DNA of 55,702 nucleotides, taken from NCBI GenBank assembly GCA_016928395.1, contig JAFGKV010000324.1, positions 1 to 55,702 of the forward strand. Reading direction: 5' to 3'. Origin of the DNA: Candidatus Fermentibacterota bacterium (GTDB lineage: Bacteria > JAFGKV01). Position numbers and translations under genes: made by a program. Shown in pieces: positions 30,413-40,039 of this stretch. The number at the start of each line of letters is the position of its first letter. Within the stretch, counting starts at the first letter, position 1. The notes below the pieces were generated by a model that saw only the letters and a program-made list of their open reading frames with translations, had not been told where the DNA came from and searched no databases.

Positions 30413-32076
30413 GGTGTGGTTCCTAATGGCGTGACAAGACTGGGCTGATAGTCCTCCGGAGCATTGTACCCCAAGAGGTTCAGGATCGTTGCGGCCACAT
30501 TGGCCAAGCCGGCATCGTGCGGTGGCATCAGGGCATACCCAAGGGTCTGGCGGGTGTCCGCCACCACGAAGCGTACAGGGTTGAGAGAATGGCTGGTGAG
30601 AGGCAATGGGTTCCCCGACGCATCGCGAAGGATCGTTCCGTTCTTTCCCAGTTGGTACATCTGGTCGGCATTGCCGTGATCCGCTGTGACGATCATCAGG
30701 CCGTCGGCTCGTCGAACCTCTCGCCAGATGCGCCCGAGGCACAGATCCACCGCCTCGACCGCCAGGATCGTCGCATCCCGATCTCCGGTGTGCCCCACCA
30801 TATCGCCGTTGGCGAAGTTCACCCGTATAAAGGGAAACCGGCGGGACCTGATTCCGGCGATGACCTCATCGGCAACTTCGGCCGCCTTCATCCACGGACG
30901 CTGTTCGAACGGCACGCGGTCGGAGGGCACTTCGATGTAGCTCTCTCGTGCGGCATCGAACTTGCCGCTGCGATTCCCGTTCCAGAAGTAGGTGACATGC
31001 CCGAACTTCTGGGTTTCCGCGACGGCGAGTTGGTCAATGCCCGCATGCACCAAGTATTCGCTCACGGTCCGCTCTATGGCTGGGGGGTCGACGAGGTACC
31101 GTGACGGGATGTGCAGATCGCCGTCATACTCCATCATGCCCGCGTACAGGACACGAGGGCGGACACCTCGGTCGAAGTGCTCGAAGTCATCCTCCTCGAA
31201 AGTCCGGCTGATCTCGATGGCTCGATCGCCGCGGAAGTTGAAGAAGAGCACAACGTCCCCGTCATGCATGGCGCCTACGGGCTCATCGTCACGGCCGATG
31301 ACGAAGGGGGGGAGAAACTGGTCACTGAGGCCGGGCTCCTCGGTGCGGTAGGTGCTGATTGCGGTTTCGGCGTCGGGGAAACGCCGCGCCTGACCGTGGA
31401 CATGCGCCTTCCAACCCCGCTCAACGATCTGCCAGTCAGCCTCATAGCGATCCATGGTGGTCACCATGCGGCCACCGCCGCTGGCGATGAGGTAGTCGCA
31501 ACCATTGGCGCGACAGGCTGCGAGCTTGTCCTCCAAGGGATGCACAAATTCCAAGGCACTGGTTTCCGGCACATCGCGACCATCCAGCAGGATATGCACC
31601 CGGGCGCGATGGACTTCCTGCTGGCAGGCGCGGTCAAGGATGGTGAAGAGATGGCGGATGTGGCTGTGGACATTGCCGTCGGACAGCAGGCCGATCAGAT
31701 GGAGAGTGCCGCCCTGAAAGCACCGGTCCACCATGTCGCGCCACAGCTTCGTCCCGAACGCGCTTCCTTCCTCCAGGGCCTTGTTCACCAGCTTTGCTCC
31801 CTGGTCAAACACCCGGCCGGCACCCAAGGCATTGTGGCCCACCTCCGAGTTCCCCATATCATCGTCACCGGGAAGGCCGACCGCCGTTCCATGAGCCTTC
31901 AGAACGGTGTTCGGAAACGAGGCCACAAGCCCGTCGAGTACCGGGGTGCGGGCTACATGAACGGCGTCGCTCTCATCCTGCCTTCCCACTCCCACTCCAT
32001 CCATGATCACGAGAACGACGGGGCCGTCCGGCCGCGGCGGCCCTGCCCATGACGACAAGTGGATGTGGCTGTTCAC
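30409..32076 (-). CDS. gpmI: 2,3-bisphosphoglycerate-independent phosphoglycerate mutase
   Basis: IMDGVG, MGNSEVGH, SDGNVHSH, NFRGDRA, ETQKFGHVTYF, NGDMVGHTG and TADHGNA. Confidence 0.96.
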   Translation of the reverse strand: MNSHIHLSSWAGPPRPDGPVVLVIMDGVGVGRQDESDAVHVARTPVLDGLVASFPNTVLKAHGTAVGLPGDDDMGNSEVGHNALGAGRVFDQGAKLVNKALEEGSAFGTKLWRDMVDRCFQGGTLHLIGLLSDGNVHSHIRHLFTILDRACQQEVHRARVHILLDGRDVPETSALEFVHPLEDKLAACRANGCDYLIASGGGRMVTTMDRYEADWQIVERGWKAHVHGQARRFPDAETAISTYRTEEPGLSDQFLPPFVIGRDDEPVGAMHDGDVVLFFNFRGDRAIEISRTFEEDDFEHFDRGVRPRVLYAGMMEYDGDLHIPSRYLVDPPAIERTVSEYLVHAGIDQLAVAETQKFGHVTYFWNGNRSGKFDAARESYIEVPSDRVPFEQRPWMKAAEVADEVIAGIRSRRFPFIRVNFANGDMVGHTGDRDATILAVEAVDLCLGRIWREVRRADGLMIVTADHGNADQMYQLGKNGTILRDASGNPLPLTSHSLNPVRFVVADTRQTLGYALMPPHDAGLANVAATILNLLGYNAPEDYQPSLVTPLGTTP

Positions 32077-33065
32077 GGCGTGCACTCTCCAGGGTTCGAT
32101 TCCGGGGTAACCCCCCGCATCATGCGCAGGCACTGCTTTAGGACGTGATCGACATCGATGCGGGTAAGGCAGTTGGTGTGGCCCAAAGGACACGATCGGG
32201 CAAAGCAAGGGCTGCACGGCTCCTGTCTGTACACCACATGTACCCGAGGCCCCATGGGACGGGTCCACAATGGCTTGGTGGAACCAAACACCACCACTAC
32301 CGGAGTGCCGATCCAGGCGGCGAGATGAGCAGCGCCCGAGTCATTGCCGACAAAAACCCTCGCCCGTCGAAGGAGCGAGGCCAGGTCAGACAGGGTCGTG
32401 CGGCCGGCCTGGTTTTCCACGCGGGGCCCCGCGGCGCGGGCGATTACGTCGATGGCTGCAGACTCCGCCGCGGTTCCCGTCAGCACGATGGGAAATCCAG
32501 TAATGGCATGTAACTCGCGGGCGAGGGCGGCATACCGCTCATCCGGCCAGCGTTTGGCGGGGCCGAAGGCGGCGCTCGGCGCCATGACGATGCACGGGGC
32601 GTCGGCGGCTGCATCTCCCAATCCATCTGCTGAAGGCCACTCCGCCGGTGCCGCAAGCCCCATGGCCGCCGGCAGGCTCAGGTACTCAACGCTTTGATGA
32701 ATGCGTTTCCGAGCCGAGGGTGCCCGGATGGAATAGAGTGCCCGTGCCGGCCCCGAATTCCACCCGACCCGGGTGGGTGCGCTGGAGCCGAACGCGATGA
32801 TCCCGGCCCGACGCGAACGCAGAAAGCTGACGACCGCGAAAGGACGGGCCGACCGGAGTTCGCGGATCAGGCGAAGGGTGCCGATCAAGGAACGGCTCGC
32901 CAGTATGACATGGTCGGCGACTCTCCCGGCGATGGCCTGCACACTCGGGCGCGCGACCACGATGCAGGGAGATGCCAGGCCATCGCGCACCGCGACCATG
33001 GCGGGCAGGGCCATGATGATGTCGCCCAACCAGTTGGGGGCAAGGATTACCACCGGAGGCTTCAC
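32073..33065 (-). CDS. waaF: GT9 lipopolysaccharide heptosyltransferase II-like
   Basis: PNWLGDIIMALP, AFGPAKRWP, GNDSGAAHLAA, FGST and CSPCF..CPLGH..C. Confidence 0.88.
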   Translation of the reverse strand: MKPPVVILAPNWLGDIIMALPAMVAVRDGLASPCIVVARPSVQAIAGRVADHVILASRSLIGTLRLIRELRSARPFAVVSFLRSRRAGIIAFGSSAPTRVGWNSGPARALYSIRAPSARKRIHQSVEYLSLPAAMGLAAPAEWPSADGLGDAAADAPCIVMAPSAAFGPAKRWPDERYAALARELHAITGFPIVLTGTAAESAAIDVIARAAGPRVENQAGRTTLSDLASLLRRARVFVGNDSGAAHLAAWIGTPVVVVFGSTKPLWTRPMGPRVHVVYRQEPCSPCFARSCPLGHTNCLTRIDVDHVLKQCLRMMRGVTPESNPGECTP

Positions 33066-34360
33066 CGAAAGCCTCCAAGAAGCGAAGCTGCCACCAGCAC
33101 CCCCAGCCCCACGATGGGAACCGAAGCACCTACCATCCATCGGCTCCGGGTAACCCCGACGAGGAGAATGACGCGTAGAACATCAGCCGCCACGCTGCTG
33201 ACGGCGCCGGTGAGCGGTCCCAATGCCTCCGCCAATCCCAGATCGAGAATGACCTTTGCCACCAAAGCGGGCGCCGCCGCGACCAGTGCCCACTGCTGTC
33301 TGCCGGCGGCTAGAAGCTCAAGTTCCATGATGTACGCCACCGTGTGTAGGACGGGTAGCATGCTCAGGAGGCGCAGGCAGGCCACTGCGCTGCCGGCATC
33401 ATAGTCGGCCCCAAAGGTGAGCCTGACCAGAGGCCAAGCAGCCAGGACAAAGGCTGCGCCCACGGCCCCCGTGGCTCCGGACGCCAAGGATCCGACGCGG
33501 CCCATGACCCGGGAAGACGCAGGGTTTCCCGTGTTTCTTACGATGCTGGGGAGCAAAGCCCATGCAGTGGGCACCACTACTGAGACGACGCCGGCGACTA
33601 GCCTGAAGGGGGCGGCGAAAAGCCCCAGGTCCCCGGGGGACAGTAACTTGGCTAGTATGACATTGTCGACATGGAAGTACGCGGTGATCAGCACCAGCCG
33701 GAGCAGGATAGGCCAGCTCTGGTCGACAAGTCGGCGTACCGTGGAAGTGAAGACCTGCAGCCTGCGGATGCTGAGATACCGCCGGGCCAGGGCCATGCCA
33801 AGAGCGATTTGCACCAGCTCTGCGGCGATGGGAACAGACAGCACTCCCAGAAGGCCCCAATCTTGTCGGCTCGCCATGAGCAGCCCACCAACGCGGACGA
33901 CTTGGGCCGCGGCAGTTGCCACGAGGTCGTTTTCGACCCGCTCGATGCCCAGGAAGAATGCTCGGCAGATGAGGTTGCTTACCTGGCGTATCAGGAGGAT
34001 GTTGGTTATCGCCAGGGCCAGAGCGGCCATCAGCTCGCCCTCAGGGCGGTTGATCAGGACCCAACCTGTCAGGCCACAGGAGAGGAGCAGGCCGGCACCG
34101 AGGCGAAGGGCCAGCGCAGAGCCTACCACGGCCTCCTTTCGTGCACCGGCCACGAGTTCGCGGACTATCACATGATCCAGCCCCATGTCTACCAGGGGCC
34201 AGAGAAGCATCACAGTGGACACGACCTGGGCATACACACCATATCCGGCGGGCCCCAGATAGCGAGCGACAATGAGGGTGGCAAGCACCGATCCGAGGCC
34301 CTCAATCCCCTTGCTGGCGCCGGTGAAGAATGTGGTACGGGTGAGCGACTGCGCGCTCAT
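33062..34360 (-). CDS. Wzx-type oligosaccharide flippase
   Basis: ARYLGPAGYG, DMGL and YFHVDNVIL...GLF motifs; many TM helices. Confidence 0.85.
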   Translation of the reverse strand: MSAQSLTRTTFFTGASKGIEGLGSVLATLIVARYLGPAGYGVYAQVVSTVMLLWPLVDMGLDHVIVRELVAGARKEAVVGSALALRLGAGLLLSCGLTGWVLINRPEGELMAALALAITNILLIRQVSNLICRAFFLGIERVENDLVATAAAQVVRVGGLLMASRQDWGLLGVLSVPIAAELVQIALGMALARRYLSIRRLQVFTSTVRRLVDQSWPILLRLVLITAYFHVDNVILAKLLSPGDLGLFAAPFRLVAGVVSVVVPTAWALLPSIVRNTGNPASSRVMGRVGSLASGATGAVGAAFVLAAWPLVRLTFGADYDAGSAVACLRLLSMLPVLHTVAYIMELELLAAGRQQWALVAAAPALVAKVILDLGLAEALGPLTGAVSSVAADVLRVILLVGVTRSRWMVGASVPIVGLGVLVAASLLGGFR

Positions 34361-35511
34361 TTCAGAACGCGGTGCCTCCAGGAGAAGAGGTCTCCCTCGG
34401 CGATTGCCAGGGAGAGGGCTTCGCCGAGCACCCGATGGGCCATTCGGTTCGGTTGCAGATGCGGGGTGAAGTATGTTCGGTTCATGAATACCGGGGATAG
34501 ACGCGGTCTTAGATAGCGTTGGATCCACCACGCGTGCGTGTCGTTGGCCATAGTGGTTGGTGCGGCCAGGCTACTGTCTGGCGCCGGCGAGTCAGCCCTT
34601 GCCGATGGGCGCTTCGACGAAGTCTCCTGAGCATGCTCCACAAGGGCAACATCGCCGTCAACATATGCCACACCGGCGGCCAGGCAGTGCTGCTCCAGTG
34701 CTGACCGGTAGACCTCTGGCAGGACGAGACTGGTCATCAGTAGCGGCACCCGGGCCCGGTCCGCGTGATGGATGATCTGTGCCAGGGCCCGGTCGAACTC
34801 GACCACATCGGCATCGCGTATCCTCTCGGCGGTGATGCCCCAGCGTATGCCGCTCACCTCCGTGCCGCCTTTGAGGCGATCGATACCCAGGTAGAGAGCC
34901 TGAGTCAGGCCTGGGCGGTAGAGGAGTTCCTTGACCAGCCCACTGCGCAGGTGGATCGGCCGGGAAACGGGAACTGTCGGCGAGAGAGTCCCGCCGAGGG
35001 AGAAACAGAACACCGCCAGATGGGGACGTATGGCGGTGAGGCGCTTGAACTGGAGGCACATCTGGATTGCGTCGTATCCTGGGACGGCGGCATTGGCGAC
35101 AGCTACCGTCCGATCGGGCAACCGTTCCTCGGCGGCATACTTGACGACGCCGCCGAATGTCTCGGGCAAGGAGACTGACGCACCCAAGGCCGTTTCATCT
35201 CCGAAGACCAGCAGCACCAATGGCGGCCCCATGTCCATCAGGCCCGGCAGCCAACGCAGCCCGATCCCCGTGCCGGAGAGCCGGAATCCTTCCGCCATCT
35301 TCGAGGCAGCGTCAGGAGGCGGCGCCAGCGCCCAGCCCGTTGCGGGATCGGAGCGAAGAGGCCACGACGCTATCGTTCGACTCCCGTCATTCGTGAGGAC
35401 AGGTGTGCTCAGTGCTCGTTCGAGAAGCAGAGACGCAGCCAGCCGGTCGATTACCAGCAGGAAAATGACGACGAACACCAGGTGTAGAAGGATTGTCTTG
35501 ATCACGCGCAT
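34357..35511 (-). CDS. Membrane-anchored SGNH-fold protein with degenerate catalytic motifs
   Basis: N-terminal TM, DPATGW, LVFGDETALG, NAAVPGY and C-terminal PHLQPNRMAHRVLG. Confidence 0.7.
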   Translation of the reverse strand: MRVIKTILLHLVFVVIFLLVIDRLAASLLLERALSTPVLTNDGSRTIASWPLRSDPATGWALAPPPDAASKMAEGFRLSGTGIGLRWLPGLMDMGPPLVLLVFGDETALGASVSLPETFGGVVKYAAEERLPDRTVAVANAAVPGYDAIQMCLQFKRLTAIRPHLAVFCFSLGGTLSPTVPVSRPIHLRSGLVKELLYRPGLTQALYLGIDRLKGGTEVSGIRWGITAERIRDADVVEFDRALAQIIHHADRARVPLLMTSLVLPEVYRSALEQHCLAAGVAYVDGDVALVEHAQETSSKRPSARADSPAPDSSLAAPTTMANDTHAWWIQRYLRPRLSPVFMNRTYFTPHLQPNRMAHRVLGEALSLAIAEGDLFSWRHRVLK

Positions 35512-35592
35512 AGGTTTCGCCAATCTCTTTCGGTCAGAAGGCCTCGTGATACCACTGGGAAGGTGACCGTGCGAACACACACCCGTTGCCCG

Positions 35593-37149
35593 ATGGGGCT
35601 TTTGCTGCCACTTCTCGTCGGGTTGGCGCTCCGGCTCTTGGCGGCATCCGGTATGCACGCCCCGTGGGGTGACAACGGCGCCACCATTCTTGAACTCGCC
35701 AACAATCTCTCCGAGGGGAAGGGGTATACCACGCTTCGGGTGTGGACCTTTCATGGGTCGCCCAGGCAAATAGGGCAGCCTGAGGGCAACCGGCAACCTC
35801 TGCTTCCACTCCTCACCGCGGTCGTGCGCGTGATGGGTGGCGCTTCGTTCCGGTCCGCACAGGGTATTCCCCTGGTGGTGGGCGGCATCGTGATCGTGCT
35901 TTCGTATGGTATCGGTGCTGCCATAGGTGGGGCCTGGGCCGGTTCGGCGGCCGCGTGGCTGTCGGCCCTAGATCCGCCGCAGATCTACTTCTCAGCGCAG
36001 ATCGAAGACCAGATCCTTTTCACCGCACTGTTTCTTGGACTTGTGCTTTGGTGCATCCGCCATGGCGGTGATACCCGGCCTCGCCCCTGGGTTCCGGGGC
36101 TGCTCTTGGGACTGCTCTACCTGAGTAGGGCCAACGGTCTGCTTGTGGCCATCGCATTCGCCGTGGTAGGACTACGGCGGCGGCAGTTTAGGCATGTGGC
36201 GATGGTGGCCGCGGTGGCGTGCGCCGTGGCAATGCCATGGTTCGTGAGAAATGCCCACGCCTTCGGCAATCCGCTGCATACCGACAATTCGTACTTCTTG
36301 TGGAGCGACGACTTCTGGTCGGTCTTCTCGGTGCGCGCCGCGTCACCATCGATCGGCAACTACTTTGCCCAGCATTCGGTGGCGGATATCATAGCCCGCT
36401 GGGTCAAGGGGGCTTATCTGAGTCTCGAGGGCTTCTTGGTGGGCAATATCTTCCGTGGTGAACCGTTTGCCCGGGACTCGCTCATTCTCCCGGTGGCTGC
36501 AGCGCTGTTCGGCCTGCGCCGCCATCGGGGGCAGATGGCGGTCGCCGGTATTGCGTTTGTGTTCCATTTCCTCACGGTGGCATGGCACGCCCATGGAACG
36601 TATCGGTACTTCTTGCCGTTTTACGCGGTGATCTTCGCCGGTGCCGGCGCCGGTCTGGTCGAGGCCGCCCGGCGATGGATCATCCCGCTTCCGGCTCGCC
36701 AGCGCGCGGCGGCTGTCGCCGCGGCCGTAGGAGTCCTTCTGCTTCCCCTGACACGGCCGCTGGTGATGAGCGTCGGCCGTACCGATCGCCCCACCCATGA
36801 GGAGGCGATGCAAGTGGTTGAATGGATCCGGCGCACCACCGGCCGGGACACCGTCATCATGGGATTCCCCGTGGTGGAGAAGTACCTATACCTTTATCAA
36901 AGGCCAACGGTGATGACACCCTATGGGCCGTTGGAAGATGTCTGGCGGGTCGTGTGCGGACATGACGTCGACTACCTGGTCGTGAGCGCGGAGCAACTTC
37001 GGTGGTTACCGGCGCTCAGAGAGTACTGGCTAGCCGACGGAGAAAGGATCTTTGCACGCTCGATTCCTCCGCACCTTCATGAAGAGATGACGAGCTCCGG
37101 GGGCATGTTCGTGGTCTACCGGATTGACCGGGAGGCCTTATGCGGGTAG
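35593..37149 (+). CDS. GT-C (ArnT/PMT-like, family 39-like) membrane glycosyltransferase
   Basis: Many TM helices; LANNLSEGKG, RQPLLP, LSRANG, PWFVRN..AFGNP and RYFLP. Start could be GTG at 35563. Confidence 0.8.
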   Translation: MGLLLPLLVGLALRLLAASGMHAPWGDNGATILELANNLSEGKGYTTLRVWTFHGSPRQIGQPEGNRQPLLPLLTAVVRVMGGASFRSAQGIPLVVGGIVIVLSYGIGAAIGGAWAGSAAAWLSALDPPQIYFSAQIEDQILFTALFLGLVLWCIRHGGDTRPRPWVPGLLLGLLYLSRANGLLVAIAFAVVGLRRRQFRHVAMVAAVACAVAMPWFVRNAHAFGNPLHTDNSYFLWSDDFWSVFSVRAASPSIGNYFAQHSVADIIARWVKGAYLSLEGFLVGNIFRGEPFARDSLILPVAAALFGLRRHRGQMAVAGIAFVFHFLTVAWHAHGTYRYFLPFYAVIFAGAGAGLVEAARRWIIPLPARQRAAAVAAAVGVLLLPLTRPLVMSVGRTDRPTHEEAMQVVEWIRRTTGRDTVIMGFPVVEKYLYLYQRPTVMTPYGPLEDVWRVVCGHDVDYLVVSAEQLRWLPALREYWLADGERIFARSIPPHLHEEMTSSGGMFVVYRIDREALCG

Positions 37150-37169
37150 GGATCAGCTGCCGCGTTCCT

Positions 37170-37829
37170 TCAGATCGAGACCACTCGAGCCGACAGCTCC
37201 AGAAGCCATTCCACGAATCCGTCGAACCCCGCACCGGTGGCGCAGGACAAGGGGAAAACGGGCGTACGGGGCACAATCTGTGCGAGGTTCTCCACTGCCC
37301 GATCAAGACTGAAGGGAAGGTGGGGAAGGAGATCAATCTTGTTGAGTACCACGGCCCGGGCGGTAGTGAATACGCCCGGGTACTTCAGGGGCTTGTCTTC
37401 ACCCTCAGGCGCACTGAACACGACCACCCGGGCTGTCTCGCCCAAATCGAAGCTGCCCGGGCACACGAGGTTGCCGACATTCTCGATGAAGAGCAGGGGT
37501 TTCCCCTCCAGGGGCAACTCCTGCAGCGCGCGATGCACCATGGCCGCGTCCAGGTGGCAGGTACCCTGGGTCACGATTTGCACCACAGGAACGCCGGCCC
37601 GTTCGATGCGCTGGGCGTCCAGCGATGTCTCGGGATCGCCTTCCAGCACGGCAAATGCCAGTTCACGGTGGGCGGCAAGCCGCTCCAGAATCGCCGTCTT
37701 GCCCGACCCTGGGGACCCTATGAGGTTGACCACCGCGATGCGTTCTCGAGCGAAGGCCGCCCGGTTCTCCGCCGCAGCCCGGTCATTGGCTTTGAGGATC
37801 TGCTCTCTGACTTTGATCGTCTTCATCAT
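37170..37829 (-). CDS. hypB: Hydrogenase nickel incorporation GTPase HypB
   Basis: GSPGSGKT, EGD, CHLDA, ENVGNLVCP..FDLGE, DKPLKYP and NKID. Confidence 0.95.
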   Translation of the reverse strand: MMKTIKVREQILKANDRAAAENRAAFARERIAVVNLIGSPGSGKTAILERLAAHRELAFAVLEGDPETSLDAQRIERAGVPVVQIVTQGTCHLDAAMVHRALQELPLEGKPLLFIENVGNLVCPGSFDLGETARVVVFSAPEGEDKPLKYPGVFTTARAVVLNKIDLLPHLPFSLDRAVENLAQIVPRTPVFPLSCATGAGFDGFVEWLLELSARVVSI

Positions 37830-38166
37830 CTACCTCCACTGATACAAGCTGGAGCTCGTCGCCTCCGCCCGCCCACATCCCCACACCGCCGCACTGGGGG
37901 CAGAGCATGGGGAATGTTATGGAACTAAAAGGCCGGCCGCATTCCGAGCAGGTCGCCTCCGCAGGGACCTGCTCGATCACCAGCGTCGGTGAGCACCCGG
38001 ATTCCTGGAGCGCGGCGATCTCAAAGGCCCTTTGCAGCGCTTCCGGCACAATCCCGGTCATGCAGCCCGCACGGATGCGGACGGCGGTGGGGTTGCACGC
38101 GTCATGCTGCAGAAGAACAGCCTTGACCATCCGAGCAATGTTCACCGCAATCGTCATCTCGTGCAC
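37783..38166 (-). CDS. hypA: Hydrogenase maturation nickel metallochaperone HypA
   Basis: MHE N-terminus, CSECG and CPQCG zinc motifs, GDEL. Confidence 0.93.
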   Translation of the reverse strand: MHEMTIAVNIARMVKAVLLQHDACNPTAVRIRAGCMTGIVPEALQRAFEIAALQESGCSPTLVIEQVPAEATCSECGRPFSSITFPMLCPQCGGVGMWAGGGDELQLVSVEVDDEDDQSQRADPQSQ

Positions 38167-38209
38167 CGTGCCAACCTCTCTTCGGGCGGGGCCATCATTC
38201 TTTGGGGAT

Positions 38210-39295
38210 ATGCTCGATTTCCCCCTGCTCGCTCAGAGCGGCCCGGGAGACATTGTATGGCGAAACCCTGCCTCCTTGGCCCGCGCCGCGGGCACCCGGG
38301 GATGGGCACGGGGGGTGCTGCCACACTCGGGTGAGGACTTCGCGTTTCGCTCCATCGGGGTCTCAATGCCCCTGGGTCACGGACTACCGGTCTTTTGCAG
38401 CTCATCCATACCCGCCGTGGCCCGGGCCACCGGAATCGATTCCGCGTTGGCCGCCGCGCTGGTCGCTGCGGAGTCGGGCTTCAACCCCCGCGCGGTCAGC
38501 GTGACAGGCGCGCGGGGTCTGACGCAACTCACGTCGAGGACAGCCCGCTCCCTGGGGGTCTACAACCGCCACTGGCCGCAGTGGAATCTCTGGGGCGGCC
38601 TCACCTATCTCGCCCAGATGCGACGGCTCTTCGGGGACGACGAGTTGGCACTGGCCGCGTACAACGTAGGCCCTGGCGCGGTACAGCGCAAAGGGCGCGC
38701 CGTGCTCCAGGAGCCCGCAGTGGCATCCTATGTCGCCACCATCTTCCGTTTGCGCAAGGCATATGCTACGCGGTATCCCACAAGATGCACCCACGGTGGC
38801 AATGGGATAGCCGTGGCCTTCGCGGATAGCGCTGGTCAGTCCGCAGGGGTAATGGGTTGGGGGATCGACGTGCAGTCGTTCCTGGAGTTCGGTGCGGGAT
38901 GGGCAATGTGGCAGGCCAAAGACTCCACAGTGAGTAATCCGCTGATCGGGACGCGCATCTACCTGCTGGATCCTCTGATCGTGGCGGGCACCTATCATCC
39001 GGCAGACGGGGCGTGGGAGCTGGGAGTGCTGCTGGCCCTGCAAGGAGAGCGTGTGCTGCTGGGGTGCGAGCGTGACCGGGAGGCAGAGGTCGTCGCGGGG
39101 ATGAAAGTGGGGCTGCCCTTGAACATCTGGGTTGAGGCCAAGGCCCGCCGGCGCACTGCAGCTGTGGGGGCGACCATAGAGACTCACCATTTCACCGCAG
39201 GCTTCTCCCACGTTGCCTCGGTCTCGAAGCACCGCGGCGCCGAGACCCTTCGGCAATCACTGTTTGTGTCGTTCGGCCGCGCTCCGGCTTTGTGA
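38210..39295 (+). CDS. Lytic transglycosylase (SLT) domain protein with beta-strand-rich flanks
   Basis: AESGFNPRAVS..GARGLTQL, NLWGG..YL and ALAAYNVGPG; start uncertain (in-frame ATG at 38138 or 38210). Confidence 0.8.
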   Translation: MLDFPLLAQSGPGDIVWRNPASLARAAGTRGWARGVLPHSGEDFAFRSIGVSMPLGHGLPVFCSSSIPAVARATGIDSALAAALVAAESGFNPRAVSVTGARGLTQLTSRTARSLGVYNRHWPQWNLWGGLTYLAQMRRLFGDDELALAAYNVGPGAVQRKGRAVLQEPAVASYVATIFRLRKAYATRYPTRCTHGGNGIAVAFADSAGQSAGVMGWGIDVQSFLEFGAGWAMWQAKDSTVSNPLIGTRIYLLDPLIVAGTYHPADGAWELGVLLALQGERVLLGCERDREAEVVAGMKVGLPLNIWVEAKARRRTAAVGATIETHHFTAGFSHVASVSKHRGAETLRQSLFVSFGRAPAL

Positions 39296-39311
39296 GCCTA
39301 TTCCTTGACTC

Positions 39312-39782
39312 CTAAAGGTAGCCGTCCATCTGGCTCTCTTGGCAGAGCCGCACGACCTGTGCGCCCAGGTCACGGACTTCGAGCCGGTGGGCGAAGCATC
39401 CCTTGCGGGTACACCCTTCGATGCTTCCATTTCGGGGCAATCTCATGACGAACAGCGGGGCCGAACAGCTGTTGCAGAATTTCTCCACAACCTCCAAAGA
39501 CACCCCGCAGTTCGGGCAGGAAAAGGAGACGACCGAGCCATCAGGGATCTCCAGCGCGGATCGATGCTCGAAGCTCCCATAGGCTGGGTCCAGATAGACA
39601 TCTCCCTCGACAGCGCCGTACCGGGCGTGTACGTGAATCGCGGAATGGCCCCCAATGGTGACGTCGGGCGACATCAGAAGACATCCGTTCGAGCACTGCG
39701 CGTGGCGGATCACCAACGCCGCGGCGGGAACCGTGACTTCGATCTTGTCCGGATTAGTACGCGGATGATCCAAGCCAGTCAT
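39312..39782 (-). CDS. Cys-rich hypothetical protein (putative metal-binding)
   Basis: CSNGC, CPNC, CNSC and CTRKGC..H; GAGGAG SD. Confidence 0.75.
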   Translation of the reverse strand: MTGLDHPRTNPDKIEVTVPAAALVIRHAQCSNGCLLMSPDVTIGGHSAIHVHARYGAVEGDVYLDPAYGSFEHRSALEIPDGSVVSFSCPNCGVSLEVVEKFCNSCSAPLFVMRLPRNGSIEGCTRKGCFAHRLEVRDLGAQVVRLCQESQMDGYL

Positions 39783-40011
39783 ATTCCTGCTCCTCTATTC
39801 CATAGACGCGGGCACCCTGGACGTCTCGCGAAACCGACCAGGGTGGAGGAGAGACGAAGCCCTCTGCGATCGTCGTGCGCGCGGGGCCGGCCGGCCGGGT
39901 CACCAGCCGGCCCCGCAGGATGGCCGAAACATCGGCCCGAGCCGCGATGCGACGTGTGGATGAGGCATCGGCACGTAACGGGGTAGGTCTCGCATCGAGA
40001 CTCAGAGGATA

Positions 40012-40039
40012 AAGGTATGCCTCTGGCAAAGAGTGTCAA
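40012..40039 (-). promoter_or_regulatory. Putative sigma70 promoter for the Cys-rich gene
   Basis: Minus strand TTGACA-16 nt-TACCTT. Confidence 0.45.

Noticed and set aside
37783-37829. 47-nt hypA/hypB overlap as a possible frameshift
   Set aside because: Both proteins are complete and hypB has its own GGAGG SD
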